59,381 nt of DNA from Candidatus Firestoneibacteriota bacterium (lineage in GTDB: Bacteria; Oederibacteriota; D2-FULL-39-29; CAIOVX01). The position numbers and the translations under genes were made by a program. Each line of letters starts with the position of its first letter. Within the stretch, counting starts at the first letter, position 1. Shown here one piece after another: positions 36,823-44,775 of this stretch. The stretch is from positions 1 through 59,381 of the forward strand of contig CAIWRR010000065.1 of the NCBI GenBank assembly GCA_903915125.1, written 5' to 3'. The notes beneath the pieces are model-generated. The model worked only from the letters and a program-made list of their open reading frames with translations, searched no databases and was not told the origin of the DNA.

Positions 36823-36931
36823 TCCCCTCCCGGCCGCGCTGACTTATCCCGCCGCAGGCATGGAGCTGTCCTATATCAATATCTTATATTTTTTCCGCCC
36901 GAAGTAATATGTCATAAGTCATATTGTGAAA

Positions 36932-37843
36932 CTACTGTTTTGCCGGGACCTTGTAATCCGCGACGAGATCGCACTTTACGGAAACCTCGCCTTCCGCCGT
37001 CTGGGTAGCCGTATAATCTTCAATAAGTCCGATCTCGTATTTCTTCTCGTCGATCGCGTATTTCTTGCCTGCTTCGGCGATCTTTCCTTTTACTTCCTTG
37101 ACCGCCTCGGCCCGCGCGGACAGCTTTATTTTTTCGAGAGTTTCGTCTTTAAAGAAGAAGTTTATGAACTCGGCCTGGGAGGCGTCCTCCGCTTTGTCTA
37201 TTTTAAGCTTGGAAACCCCTTTTGAGAGCTGTATTTTTGACGAGGAACTGTTGTTGGCATCGGTCAAAATTGTGCTGCTCGCGACTTCCGAACCGTCTCC
37301 CTTATCTATCGCGGCTACGGCAGCAGCTCCATAACTGACAGCTTTGTCGACGATCTCAAATATTTCGCCTATTTTCCTGTCAGAGAGCCCGTTCATTATA
37401 ACCGTCTTGGTGATCAGGTATTTGTAAGCGGTCTGCGTTATTGGATTTCCGTTTGAATCTTTTACAACCAGGGAAGTCGGCGAGCCCAGCGTCTGTTGTT
37501 TTAACTGCGCCGCCGGCTGGAAAATCTTAAAATCATCCTTCTTCATGCGGTAGAGAGCGGAAAGCCTTCCTATAATGAAGCTTATCTTGCCGTCAACATC
37601 GTTCTGCGCGGCGCGAAGGGAGGTCATGTTGCCTGATGCGACGGAAAGTTTTACATAAACACCGTCCGGCTTGCCCGTCGCGATGCCTGAACCGCTTATC
37701 TTAAAAGCCGAGAGGGTGCCGTCGGCGGATTTTTTGACATCCGACATGGTCTGATCATCCGCGGTCTTGTTAAGAAAATCCTGGGCTCCGGCAGGAAGGA
37801 TGCAGCCAAGCAGCACCGAAAGAACCAGTACAAAGCGATTCAT
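36932..37843 (-). CDS. Secreted hypothetical protein (possibly SIMPL/DUF541-like)
   Basis: Signal peptide MNRFVLVLSVLLGCILPAGAQ. The resemblance to SIMPL-type proteins is weak and from memory only. Confidence 0.3.
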   Translation of the reverse strand: MNRFVLVLSVLLGCILPAGAQDFLNKTADDQTMSDVKKSADGTLSAFKISGSGIATGKPDGVYVKLSVASGNMTSLRAAQNDVDGKISFIIGRLSALYRMKKDDFKIFQPAAQLKQQTLGSPTSLVVKDSNGNPITQTAYKYLITKTVIMNGLSDRKIGEIFEIVDKAVSYGAAAVAAIDKGDGSEVASSTILTDANNSSSSKIQLSKGVSKLKIDKAEDASQAEFINFFFKDETLEKIKLSARAEAVKEVKGKIAEAGKKYAIDEKKYEIGLIEDYTATQTAEGEVSVKCDLVADYKVPAKQ

Positions 37844-37860
37844 AACCTCTCCTTGCTTCC

Positions 37861-38937
37861 TCAGACGTTGAACCTTATTGACAGGATATCCCCGTCTTCA
37901 ACAATGTAATCTTTTCCCTTAAGGTAGACCTTGCCAGTCTCCTGCAGTTTCTTCTCGTCGCCTTCGACATCAACCAAATCGCGGTATTTCATCACCTCGG
38001 CGCGGATAAACCCCTTCTCAAGGTCGGAGTGTATGGCTCCGGCAGCCTGAGGAGCCGAGGCGCCGCGGGGAATGGTCCATTGCTTAACTTCATCGGTGCC
38101 GACTCCAAAGAATGAAATAAGGTTCAGCGCCTCAATACAGGTGCGTTTAAGCGTGTCAACCGCGGGTTCTTTTATGCCGAGTTCCGCGAGGAAAGTATTC
38201 CTGTCGTCCGCGGACTCAAACGCCGCTATCTCCGATTCAACCTTCACGGAGACCTGCATCCAGAAGATGCGTTGTTTCTCATGTTCCTTTTTATAGGCCT
38301 CAAGCTTCGCTGTATTCTTCAAATCCGCCTCAGAAACATTGAGGACCACAATAAGCTCTTTAAGCGTGAGCAGGGGATATGAGACCAGGTATTTCATATC
38401 ATCGGGCGTAAGCGTCAAGAGCCTGAGCGGCAGTTCTGCTTCAAGCTGGGCCTTCATCTTCGCGAGCACATCCCTCTCTTTCATCATCTTCTCTTCGCTC
38501 GTCCGTTTCAAGGTCTGGTTCAGGCGGTCAAGCCGCTTGTCAATAAAAGCCAGGTCGTTGAAGATGAGTTCTGAATTAATCTCGTCGATGTCTCTCTTCG
38601 AGTCTACTGTCCCGTTTATGTGATAGACCGCTTCATCCTGAAAATCTCTTACAATGTGACAGAGCACGTCGGCTCCGTCAAGCGCCTTCAGCACTTCTTC
38701 CTTCGCGAAAGAACCCTTTTCAAGTTTCGGAATAAACTCCACGTTCAGGCGGGCCCGCGCTTCGCTTTCCGGCTTGTACATCTCAACGAGTTTTTCAAAC
38801 CGCGGGTCTATTATCTCCGCGAGCCCGGAAACAGGTTTATTGGCGGCCAGTTCATTTTCCGTGAGTTTGTGTTTCGTGATAAGTTCAAAAAGCGTCTTCT
38901 TGCCTGTCTGCGGCAATCCAATTATTCCTATCTTCAT
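37861..38937 (-). CDS. ychF: Obg-family GTPase/ATPase YchF-like
   Basis: GIIGLPQTGKKTLF P-loop, central coiled-coil insertion, and a C-terminal TGS-like FIRAEV...Y.DL segment. Confidence 0.7.
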   Translation of the reverse strand: MKIGIIGLPQTGKKTLFELITKHKLTENELAANKPVSGLAEIIDPRFEKLVEMYKPESEARARLNVEFIPKLEKGSFAKEEVLKALDGADVLCHIVRDFQDEAVYHINGTVDSKRDIDEINSELIFNDLAFIDKRLDRLNQTLKRTSEEKMMKERDVLAKMKAQLEAELPLRLLTLTPDDMKYLVSYPLLTLKELIVVLNVSEADLKNTAKLEAYKKEHEKQRIFWMQVSVKVESEIAAFESADDRNTFLAELGIKEPAVDTLKRTCIEALNLISFFGVGTDEVKQWTIPRGASAPQAAGAIHSDLEKGFIRAEVMKYRDLVDVEGDEKKLQETGKVYLKGKDYIVEDGDILSIRFNV

Positions 38938-38959
38938 TTCTCTCCTTTTGCTTTTCCCG

Positions 38960-40645
38960 CTACTTCCCGATTTTTTTGAGCAGTTTTATGGTTTCCTCGG
39001 CAATTTTTCCGCGGTATTCATCCTGTTTGAGGTAATCCACCCCAGGAGTATCCTTCTTGTGGTTATAAGGGATATACCCCATAATTAGATTTATCATATT
39101 GGAAGCTTCTTTTGTATCTATTCCTTTCGCTTCCGCCTCTTTCATGACTTCGGAAAGCGTGTAAAGGTACCTGTAGTCATCCGCGCCCTCGCGAATCCTT
39201 TCAAACCTGACGCTCGGGTGGGCTTTTTTATCATAGTAATAGACCAGTCCCTGCTCGCGCGGGTACATAACCCCGGGGTCCAGGCACCACGGGCGCACGC
39301 CCCTGAAACCGAACTTCCACATATAAAAACCGTGCCCCATGCGCTGGTCTATCCCGATAAAGGTCATAAGGGAGGGTTTCTCCTTTAGGCTCTTTTCCCA
39401 CTCAGGAAACATCTCGCCGTTAAACCCGGTCCAGTCTATCGTCGGAAGCCCCGCGTGCAGCGCAAACTCTTCGCGCCTGTTGAAAGTTGCGAGCGTCTCA
39501 ACCCCCGCCGCCTTAATACCGGAATAATATTCTTCAATGCTATTCATGAGGAAAGTAAAATCCGCAGTTCCTCCCTCTCCGAATGTCGTGCCGAGCTCGG
39601 TTGAAAGATAATAAACAGTCTTGAGCCATTTGTTCTTGTCCGCGTTAGCCTTGACCTTGGCAACCAGAGCGGCTGTTTTCGCGTAGGACACGCTGTTAAA
39701 CATATTCAGCCCGTGGCCGTTCGGCCCGTAACTGCCCTCAAGATTCAGGCCGCCCTGACAGTGCGTGTTGGTATGAATAAATATTCCCGGCATTCCCGCC
39801 TGCTTTGCCAGTTCCATGTAGCGGTTCGCCTTGGTGAAATCGTCGCCTTCAGGCGCGAGCGCGTTGGTTATTTCACCGGTGTAATTATGCTCCCTAATGC
39901 ACCTGAACTCCTCTGCCTGGCGCTCAAAATCCCACGAACCAGACATTATCCCTAGCCAGTTCATCCTTTCTGGCGGCGGGTTCTTCAGCTTAAAGGGAAG
40001 CACTTCCGCTTCAACCTTTATTTCAGCCGGAGGTTGCCCTTCCGGAGAAACAATCAGCTTTCCTGAATAGAGACCCGCGGGAGTATTGGCCGGAGGATGC
40101 GCATTAATCCACACCGCTTTCGGAATCAGCGGAGCAAGCGAAGGAATATTGTCCGCGCGTTCCAGTATTTCTCCCTTTACTGTCACAAAGGTTGTCCCGA
40201 CAGGACGCATAAGCACATTGTTTATCTCAAAAGTCCCGGCGGGCAGGAGCGCGCCTTCAATGCTCCTAAAATCTCCGCAGGTTATCCTGCAATTCTTAAG
40301 GGCTTCAAACGGATAGATACCGGCCACAAAAGGCTCGTACTCTCCCGGAGATACCGCTATTTTTATTACCTTGACGCCAAACTCCGCCGCCGAAGGAACG
40401 GCAGAGGCAGAAATATCAAGAAGATAGTTCCTGGAGAAGAGCGCGAACCCCGTGCCGGAAACGGAAGCGGTGTTTTCTTCCGCGATATTGACTTTGCCTA
40501 TTTTTGTTTCAAGTCTGAGGCTTGTATACTTGTCGCCCGTAAACCCGTCCTGCAGCAGGGCGGCGGAAGACTTTGAGGCCGAAAATTCATCGCCGCAAAA
40601 GAGCGCCGCCGGCAGCAACAAGAACAGCAGTGCAAGTTTTTTCAT
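38960..40645 (-). CDS. Secreted DUF4091-like (GH123-like) protein
   Basis: Signal peptide MKKLALLFLLLPAALFCG. C-terminal PSVRFERIREGADDYRYLYTL resembles the DUF4091 signature. Start moved to the Met preceding the signal peptide. Confidence 0.45.
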   Translation of the reverse strand: MKKLALLFLLLPAALFCGDEFSASKSSAALLQDGFTGDKYTSLRLETKIGKVNIAEENTASVSGTGFALFSRNYLLDISASAVPSAAEFGVKVIKIAVSPGEYEPFVAGIYPFEALKNCRITCGDFRSIEGALLPAGTFEINNVLMRPVGTTFVTVKGEILERADNIPSLAPLIPKAVWINAHPPANTPAGLYSGKLIVSPEGQPPAEIKVEAEVLPFKLKNPPPERMNWLGIMSGSWDFERQAEEFRCIREHNYTGEITNALAPEGDDFTKANRYMELAKQAGMPGIFIHTNTHCQGGLNLEGSYGPNGHGLNMFNSVSYAKTAALVAKVKANADKNKWLKTVYYLSTELGTTFGEGGTADFTFLMNSIEEYYSGIKAAGVETLATFNRREEFALHAGLPTIDWTGFNGEMFPEWEKSLKEKPSLMTFIGIDQRMGHGFYMWKFGFRGVRPWCLDPGVMYPREQGLVYYYDKKAHPSVRFERIREGADDYRYLYTLSEVMKEAEAKGIDTKEASNMINLIMGYIPYNHKKDTPGVDYLKQDEYRGKIAEETIKLLKKIGK

Positions 40646-40646
40646 C

Positions 40647-41216
40647 TCACAGCTCCAGTCTTTCAAGCGCTCTTTTTCCGCGAAGCATTGGAAGCAAAAA
40701 CGCCGCCGCCTGAACCAGCAGAAAGGCAAGAACAGCGAGGCAGGCCCAAAACAGGCTTTCGGTCCCGGCGAAGAAAAACATGCCGCGCGTGTAATACATA
40801 TGCATGGGATAAGCCAGCAGAAATTCCGAGATGCCGATATAGCCGATGGCGAATATCATATAGAGTATGCCGCCGTAACTTGTGGCTATTTCTGCCGTGT
40901 TTGCCGCGTCGAATTTCGGGAAAATTGCCCCCATACCTATGCCCATGGCTGTGAGGCAGAGACTGAAGAATATTCCCATGACCGCGGATATTATTCCGGT
41001 AAAAATATCTATTTTCACAAAAATTGCCGACAAAAGCACCAGCCCTTCCGAAAGAAGAAGCAGCGGCCAGAAGTTTATCCAGAATTTTTCTTTCAGGAAC
41101 TCCCCGGGCGTAATCGGCGCCATGCGCACCACCCAGAAGCTCTTGCCTTCAATGCTTATCGAAGAAAAGACAAACCTTGCGGCGATAGAGGCGATAACAA
41201 AACCCGCGAACCCCAT
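40647..41216 (-). CDS. 4-TM membrane protein resembling only the C-terminal part of ABC-2/putative-ABC-exporter permeases
   Basis: SISIEGKSFWVVRMAPITPGEFLKEKFW followed by 4 TM segments. Length 189 aa. No matching N-terminal half is seen upstream. Confidence 0.4.
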   Translation of the reverse strand: MGFAGFVIASIAARFVFSSISIEGKSFWVVRMAPITPGEFLKEKFWINFWPLLLLSEGLVLLSAIFVKIDIFTGIISAVMGIFFSLCLTAMGIGMGAIFPKFDAANTAEIATSYGGILYMIFAIGYIGISEFLLAYPMHMYYTRGMFFFAGTESLFWACLAVLAFLLVQAAAFLLPMLRGKRALERLEL

Positions 41217-41416
41217 TATGACCTTAAATCCCCGATATCTTTGTACGCCAGCGAATTAAGATCGGGAGGCAGGGTCTTTTTGAGAGGGACCTTCTTTACC
41301 GGTCGCGGCGCCTCGATTCTATCCTGATAATAGGCTTTGGAAACAACTCTTTCGGACGCGCACCCGGAAAGAATCAACCCGCTAAGCAGCGCTGCAAAAG
41401 CAATATTAATTTTCAT
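41216..41416 (-). CDS. Small lipoprotein (66 aa)
   Basis: Lipobox LILSGC, Pro/Lys-rich mature part, TAATG overlap with the next gene. Confidence 0.5.
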   Translation of the reverse strand: MKINIAFAALLSGLILSGCASERVVSKAYYQDRIEAPRPVKKVPLKKTLPPDLNSLAYKDIGDLRS

Positions 41417-41610
41417 CTCCCCCCCTGAACTTTCTTCTTTTCCTGCTCTATCATAGAAACCGTATAATCATCAATACTATAACCGTATTTACGGAGTATC
41501 TCTCCGTATTTATCCTTAAAGCGTTCAACAACCAGCTTGTTTGTCCTGTTCTCTGCGGAAGGGGTTATGCCGTTTACCATCAACAGAGGAATTATTTCGT
41601 TGTTTATCAT
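41413..41610 (-). CDS. Small soluble hypothetical protein (65 aa)
   Basis: ATGA overlaps at both ends argue that it is translated. No motif recognised. Confidence 0.4.
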   Translation of the reverse strand: MINNEIIPLLMVNGITPSAENRTNKLVVERFKDKYGEILRKYGYSIDDYTVSMIEQEKKKVQGGR

Positions 41611-41801
41611 GGAAAGTTTTGAAGGCGGAATGTTTTTTGGCGAAGAAGCCCGCCGCAGGCTGAAAGGAAGGCAACTATGAGGACAACGGCAAAAACCTTT
41701 CTCGTCACAAGCCCCCCGTACAAGCCATTGAGACCCCTACAAGCAGAAAACGCGCGCTGCCACAGAAGAAGATGCCGTTTGATTCTTTCTCGGCATGGCA
41801 A
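41607..41801 (-). CDS. Tiny lipoprotein/membrane peptide (64 aa from TTG, or 33 aa from GTG at 41708)
   Basis: The GTG at 41708 behind GGGGGG gives MTRKVFAVVLIVAFLSACGG..., a signal peptide plus LSAC lipobox with a 16-aa mature part (CGGLLRQKTFRLQNFP). Confidence 0.35.
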   Translation of the reverse strand: MPCRERIKRHLLLWQRAFSACRGLNGLYGGLVTRKVFAVVLIVAFLSACGGLLRQKTFRLQNFP

Positions 41802-41895
41802 AAATCGCTATTCAACAAAAATGGAAAAGATCTTTTCCGGCAGTACATCCAGGAGGAATCTTTGTATTTTATTGCTCCTATAAAAAGTCTGTTTG

Positions 41896-41924
41896 ATTAT
41901 CCTGAATTGACTACCTCCTGTCAA
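41896..41924 (-). promoter_or_regulatory. Sigma70-like promoter for the small-ORF/DUF4091 unit
   Basis: Minus strand reads TTGACA, 17 nt, GATAAT, directly after the M23 peptidase stop. A 16-bp perfect palindrome GGAAAAGATCTTTTCC (41823-41838) lies in the predicted 5' UTR. Confidence 0.5.
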
Positions 41925-41938
41925 GAAATAGCATTATG

Positions 41939-42649
41939 CTAAAACTTCTGCGGGTTCACCCAGTTCTGATTCAACTTCTCTTGAAGTCCCTGGATTGACA
42001 TTTTGTCGGTTGCTATCCCATATATATTCGGCCTTTCGCCGTTTTCCCAGGATGGAAAGAATCTTCCGGGAAATTTCCTTACCTCCAAATGCAAATGATA
42101 ACCACCCTTGCTTCCATACGCGGCTCCGGTATTCCCGACCCCCCCAAGCGCGTCAACTCCGGCCTTAACCTGTTTTCCCGGCCGGATTCCGGCTGAGACG
42201 CTGTTCAAGTGGCAATAGATGCTCCAGCGATCGCCGCTTGCATGTTGCACGATAACCATATTGCCAAGCGTCTCATAGTTTGGATCTCCTGATCCGTCAA
42301 TTACATCCGCAACAACTCCGTCGGCAATTGAGTAAACAGCAGTACCTTTCGGAGCCGCTATATCAATGCCCGTGTGGAGAAGATTCTTAATCTTGTCTAT
42401 TTTTTCTTTGTAAGTGACGCCCGGAAGGTCAATGCTTATAAGCTTATCCTTGCCTTCCGCAGTCTTGCCGAGATAGTAACCTTTGCAAACTGCCCCAAAA
42501 CCTAATTCCCCAAGCCGGCCTGCGCAGACTTTCATCCACGCGGATTGAGCTATCTTAAGGGGAGCCGGAAAAGCGGCAACCGGGTATTCAACACTTAAAG
42601 ACACGCTAAAGAAGAGAATTACCAGAAAGAAACCGGATATTTTCCTCAT
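41939..42649 (-). CDS. Secreted M23-family (LytM-type) peptidase
   Basis: Signal peptide, then HTGIDIAAPKGTAVYSIADGVV, GNMVIVQH and GYHLHLEV metal-ligand motifs. Confidence 0.8.
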   Translation of the reverse strand: MRKISGFFLVILFFSVSLSVEYPVAAFPAPLKIAQSAWMKVCAGRLGELGFGAVCKGYYLGKTAEGKDKLISIDLPGVTYKEKIDKIKNLLHTGIDIAAPKGTAVYSIADGVVADVIDGSGDPNYETLGNMVIVQHASGDRWSIYCHLNSVSAGIRPGKQVKAGVDALGGVGNTGAAYGSKGGYHLHLEVRKFPGRFFPSWENGERPNIYGIATDKMSIQGLQEKLNQNWVNPQKF

Positions 42650-42667
42650 AAGAGCTCCTTCCGAAGT

Positions 42668-43285
42668 TTAATAGTTGCGATAGGGCTTTCCTCTTTCATC
42701 AGTTCCGCTGATGTTGATTTTTATGTTGCCGTAATCTTTTGACTTTTTGTCACTGCAATAATACCAGCCGCCCGTCCCGTCAAAAGAATAGACAACCGTG
42801 CTGCTTCCTGTTATTTCTTCCGCGGGAACAGGATTGGGAAAGTACATTTCCTTCTGCTCGTTCGCTATTTTCTCCGGCATGCCTCCGTTATGCTCGGCCA
42901 TATATATGCCGATGCTGCAGCGAAGGGCCCGCAGATTCTCAAGAGTTGTCCTCAGCGCGGGTTTTGCCGTCAAAAATTTATTGCTCTTCTTTTCCCACGC
43001 TTTTCCTGTTTTAGCCAGGAGCATTCTTCCTGACGCAACAATTGTTTCACCCGTCGGCCAGTGCTTATAAAGGGCAGACGCGCTTTTCTTCACTAACAAA
43101 CGTGCCGTGTATTCCGCCTCATAACTATCCGCGCTTTTTGCGGCGCCTTTGGTTATTTTAACGGAAGAGACTTCAAAATCATCGCTTAGCAAACTGCCGA
43201 TAAGTTTTGAATCGGGGAGTTTTGTATTTGAACAACCGCAGGCCAGAACCAATGCCAGCGCGGATGATATCAATAACCGTCTCAT
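42668..43285 (-). CDS. Lipoprotein with pseudopilin-like C-terminal globular region
   Basis: Lipobox LVLACGC. The C-terminal LENLRALRCSIGIYMAEHNGGMPEKI...YFPNPVP...WYY...D..G.PY.NY resembles the GspG/type IV pilin head, but the N-terminal prepilin motif is absent. Confidence 0.4.
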   Translation of the reverse strand: MRRLLISSALALVLACGCSNTKLPDSKLIGSLLSDDFEVSSVKITKGAAKSADSYEAEYTARLLVKKSASALYKHWPTGETIVASGRMLLAKTGKAWEKKSNKFLTAKPALRTTLENLRALRCSIGIYMAEHNGGMPEKIANEQKEMYFPNPVPAEEITGSSTVVYSFDGTGGWYYCSDKKSKDYGNIKINISGTDERGKPYRNY

Positions 43286-43316
43286 TCACCCTCCCTGCTA
43301 ATCTTAACGGGAAAAA

Positions 43317-43751
43317 TCATATTAGCGGACAGTTAACTTCTATCTGCCTCCAGCCATTATCAGTCATATCATACATACAATGGCCTGTTATTTGCCGGGT
43401 TTCGCCTGCTCTCCAGTAATAGCCCGAAGAAGGCCAACCTGGAATCTTCATTAAATCAACAACAAATTTAATTTTCGCGGCAAACATGATTTCATAATGC
43501 TCAACGCCATTAATAACGGAGCGCTGGCCGTTTGTTTTCTTGAACTCCAACACAGTGAAACCTTCACCCACTCCGTATCTCGTTAAGGAGGCACTTGCCA
43601 TTTGCTCTGATGGCCGGTCGAGGCTGCCGCAACCTGAGCAAAGAATTACCGCTCCAATACAAAACAACAATATTTTTTTTATGATGCTCTCCTGTAGTAC
43701 GCGGATTTGTTTAAGGCGGATTGTTAAGGAAGTCCACCCGAAGACCGCCAT
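43317..43751 (-). CDS. Small lipoprotein, unknown function
   Basis: KKILLFCIGAVILCSGCGS lipobox. The start codon is uncertain because the n-region is long if translation begins at the ATG at 43751. Confidence 0.45.
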   Translation of the reverse strand: MAVFGWTSLTIRLKQIRVLQESIIKKILLFCIGAVILCSGCGSLDRPSEQMASASLTRYGVGEGFTVLEFKKTNGQRSVINGVEHYEIMFAAKIKFVVDLMKIPGWPSSGYYWRAGETRQITGHCMYDMTDNGWRQIEVNCPLI

Positions 43752-43794
43752 TCTTTGAATATCAAAGAAACAAGGCCCTGAGGAAAGCGGGCCT

Positions 43795-44775
43795 TTACTC
43801 GCCGTAAACCGCTATCAGTTCTTCCAGCGTGAAGCTGGCGCTGAGCTGCCTGGGCTTGATACGTCCGTCAAGGATCTTAAAAAAGAACTCCGCTATGGTT
43901 TCCGGGGTCAGCAATACGGGTTTTCCGGCGGAGTCATTGCCGATGTCATACGTCTTCAGCAGTTGAGCCCCCAGGCTTCCGGCGGAGATAAGGAAATGAT
44001 TTTGCAGTTTATTAAGATCCAAGAGATCGGCGGCCAGAACTTTCCCTACAACCGAAAGGCATCTGACAACGCTGGTATTGCCGGCTTCATCTGCAAGGAC
44101 AACGCGCTGTTCTTCTTTCAGCGGGTCTATGGGGATTGATCCGGTTTTTTCTTTTTCCGGCACTCCGCGCATCAGCGCCCCGAGATCAGCGATAGAGTGG
44201 TTAATTATAAGCGTACCCGGGAGGCAGGCGAACGGCTCCACGGAGAACGCGCTGGGAAGCAGAAGGTGAATCTCCTGGCTGAGACTGACATGGGGACTGT
44301 TAAAAGTGCCCACAATGACATTGTTGAGAGAAAGATTCTTAGTCGCAAAGACCCCGCCAAGCACGATACAGTTCTCAAGTACGATATCGTCGGCAAATAT
44401 ATTCGCCGCGACATAGGCATTTTTAAGATTTACCGTTTTCGCGTTTACGTCCGCGCCGAAATAGGTCCTGCCGCCTTTTGCCTGCGCGATTACCGCGCCC
44501 GCCGAACCGACGCATTTACGAAAAATAACAGGTTCCTTTACGTCGCTGTAAACACTGCATTCCATCTGGGTAAAAACGGCGCCCTGAACCTCGAAAGGCC
44601 CTTTTGTTATTTCCAAATTGCGCGCGTAGAGAGCGCCTTCAACCACAGTCTCTCCCTGTATTGAAACATCACGGTCAAGCTCTGCCACCACATTCGGGAT
44701 TATTGCGCTTCTCACCAGATTATCCTTAAGCACAATTTGGTGCTTATCGACTGTGAAATTCTTCAGCTCTTTCAT
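43795..44775 (-). CDS. Beta-helix repeat protein, bactofilin-like N-terminal half
   Basis: Repeating short strand pattern: DVSIQGETVVEGALYARNLEITKGPFEVQGAVF...VNAKTVNLKNAYVAANIFADDIVLENCIVLGGVFATKNLSLNNVIVG. No signal peptide. Confidence 0.35.
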   Translation of the reverse strand: MKELKNFTVDKHQIVLKDNLVRSAIIPNVVAELDRDVSIQGETVVEGALYARNLEITKGPFEVQGAVFTQMECSVYSDVKEPVIFRKCVGSAGAVIAQAKGGRTYFGADVNAKTVNLKNAYVAANIFADDIVLENCIVLGGVFATKNLSLNNVIVGTFNSPHVSLSQEIHLLLPSAFSVEPFACLPGTLIINHSIADLGALMRGVPEKEKTGSIPIDPLKEEQRVVLADEAGNTSVVRCLSVVGKVLAADLLDLNKLQNHFLISAGSLGAQLLKTYDIGNDSAGKPVLLTPETIAEFFFKILDGRIKPRQLSASFTLEELIAVYGE

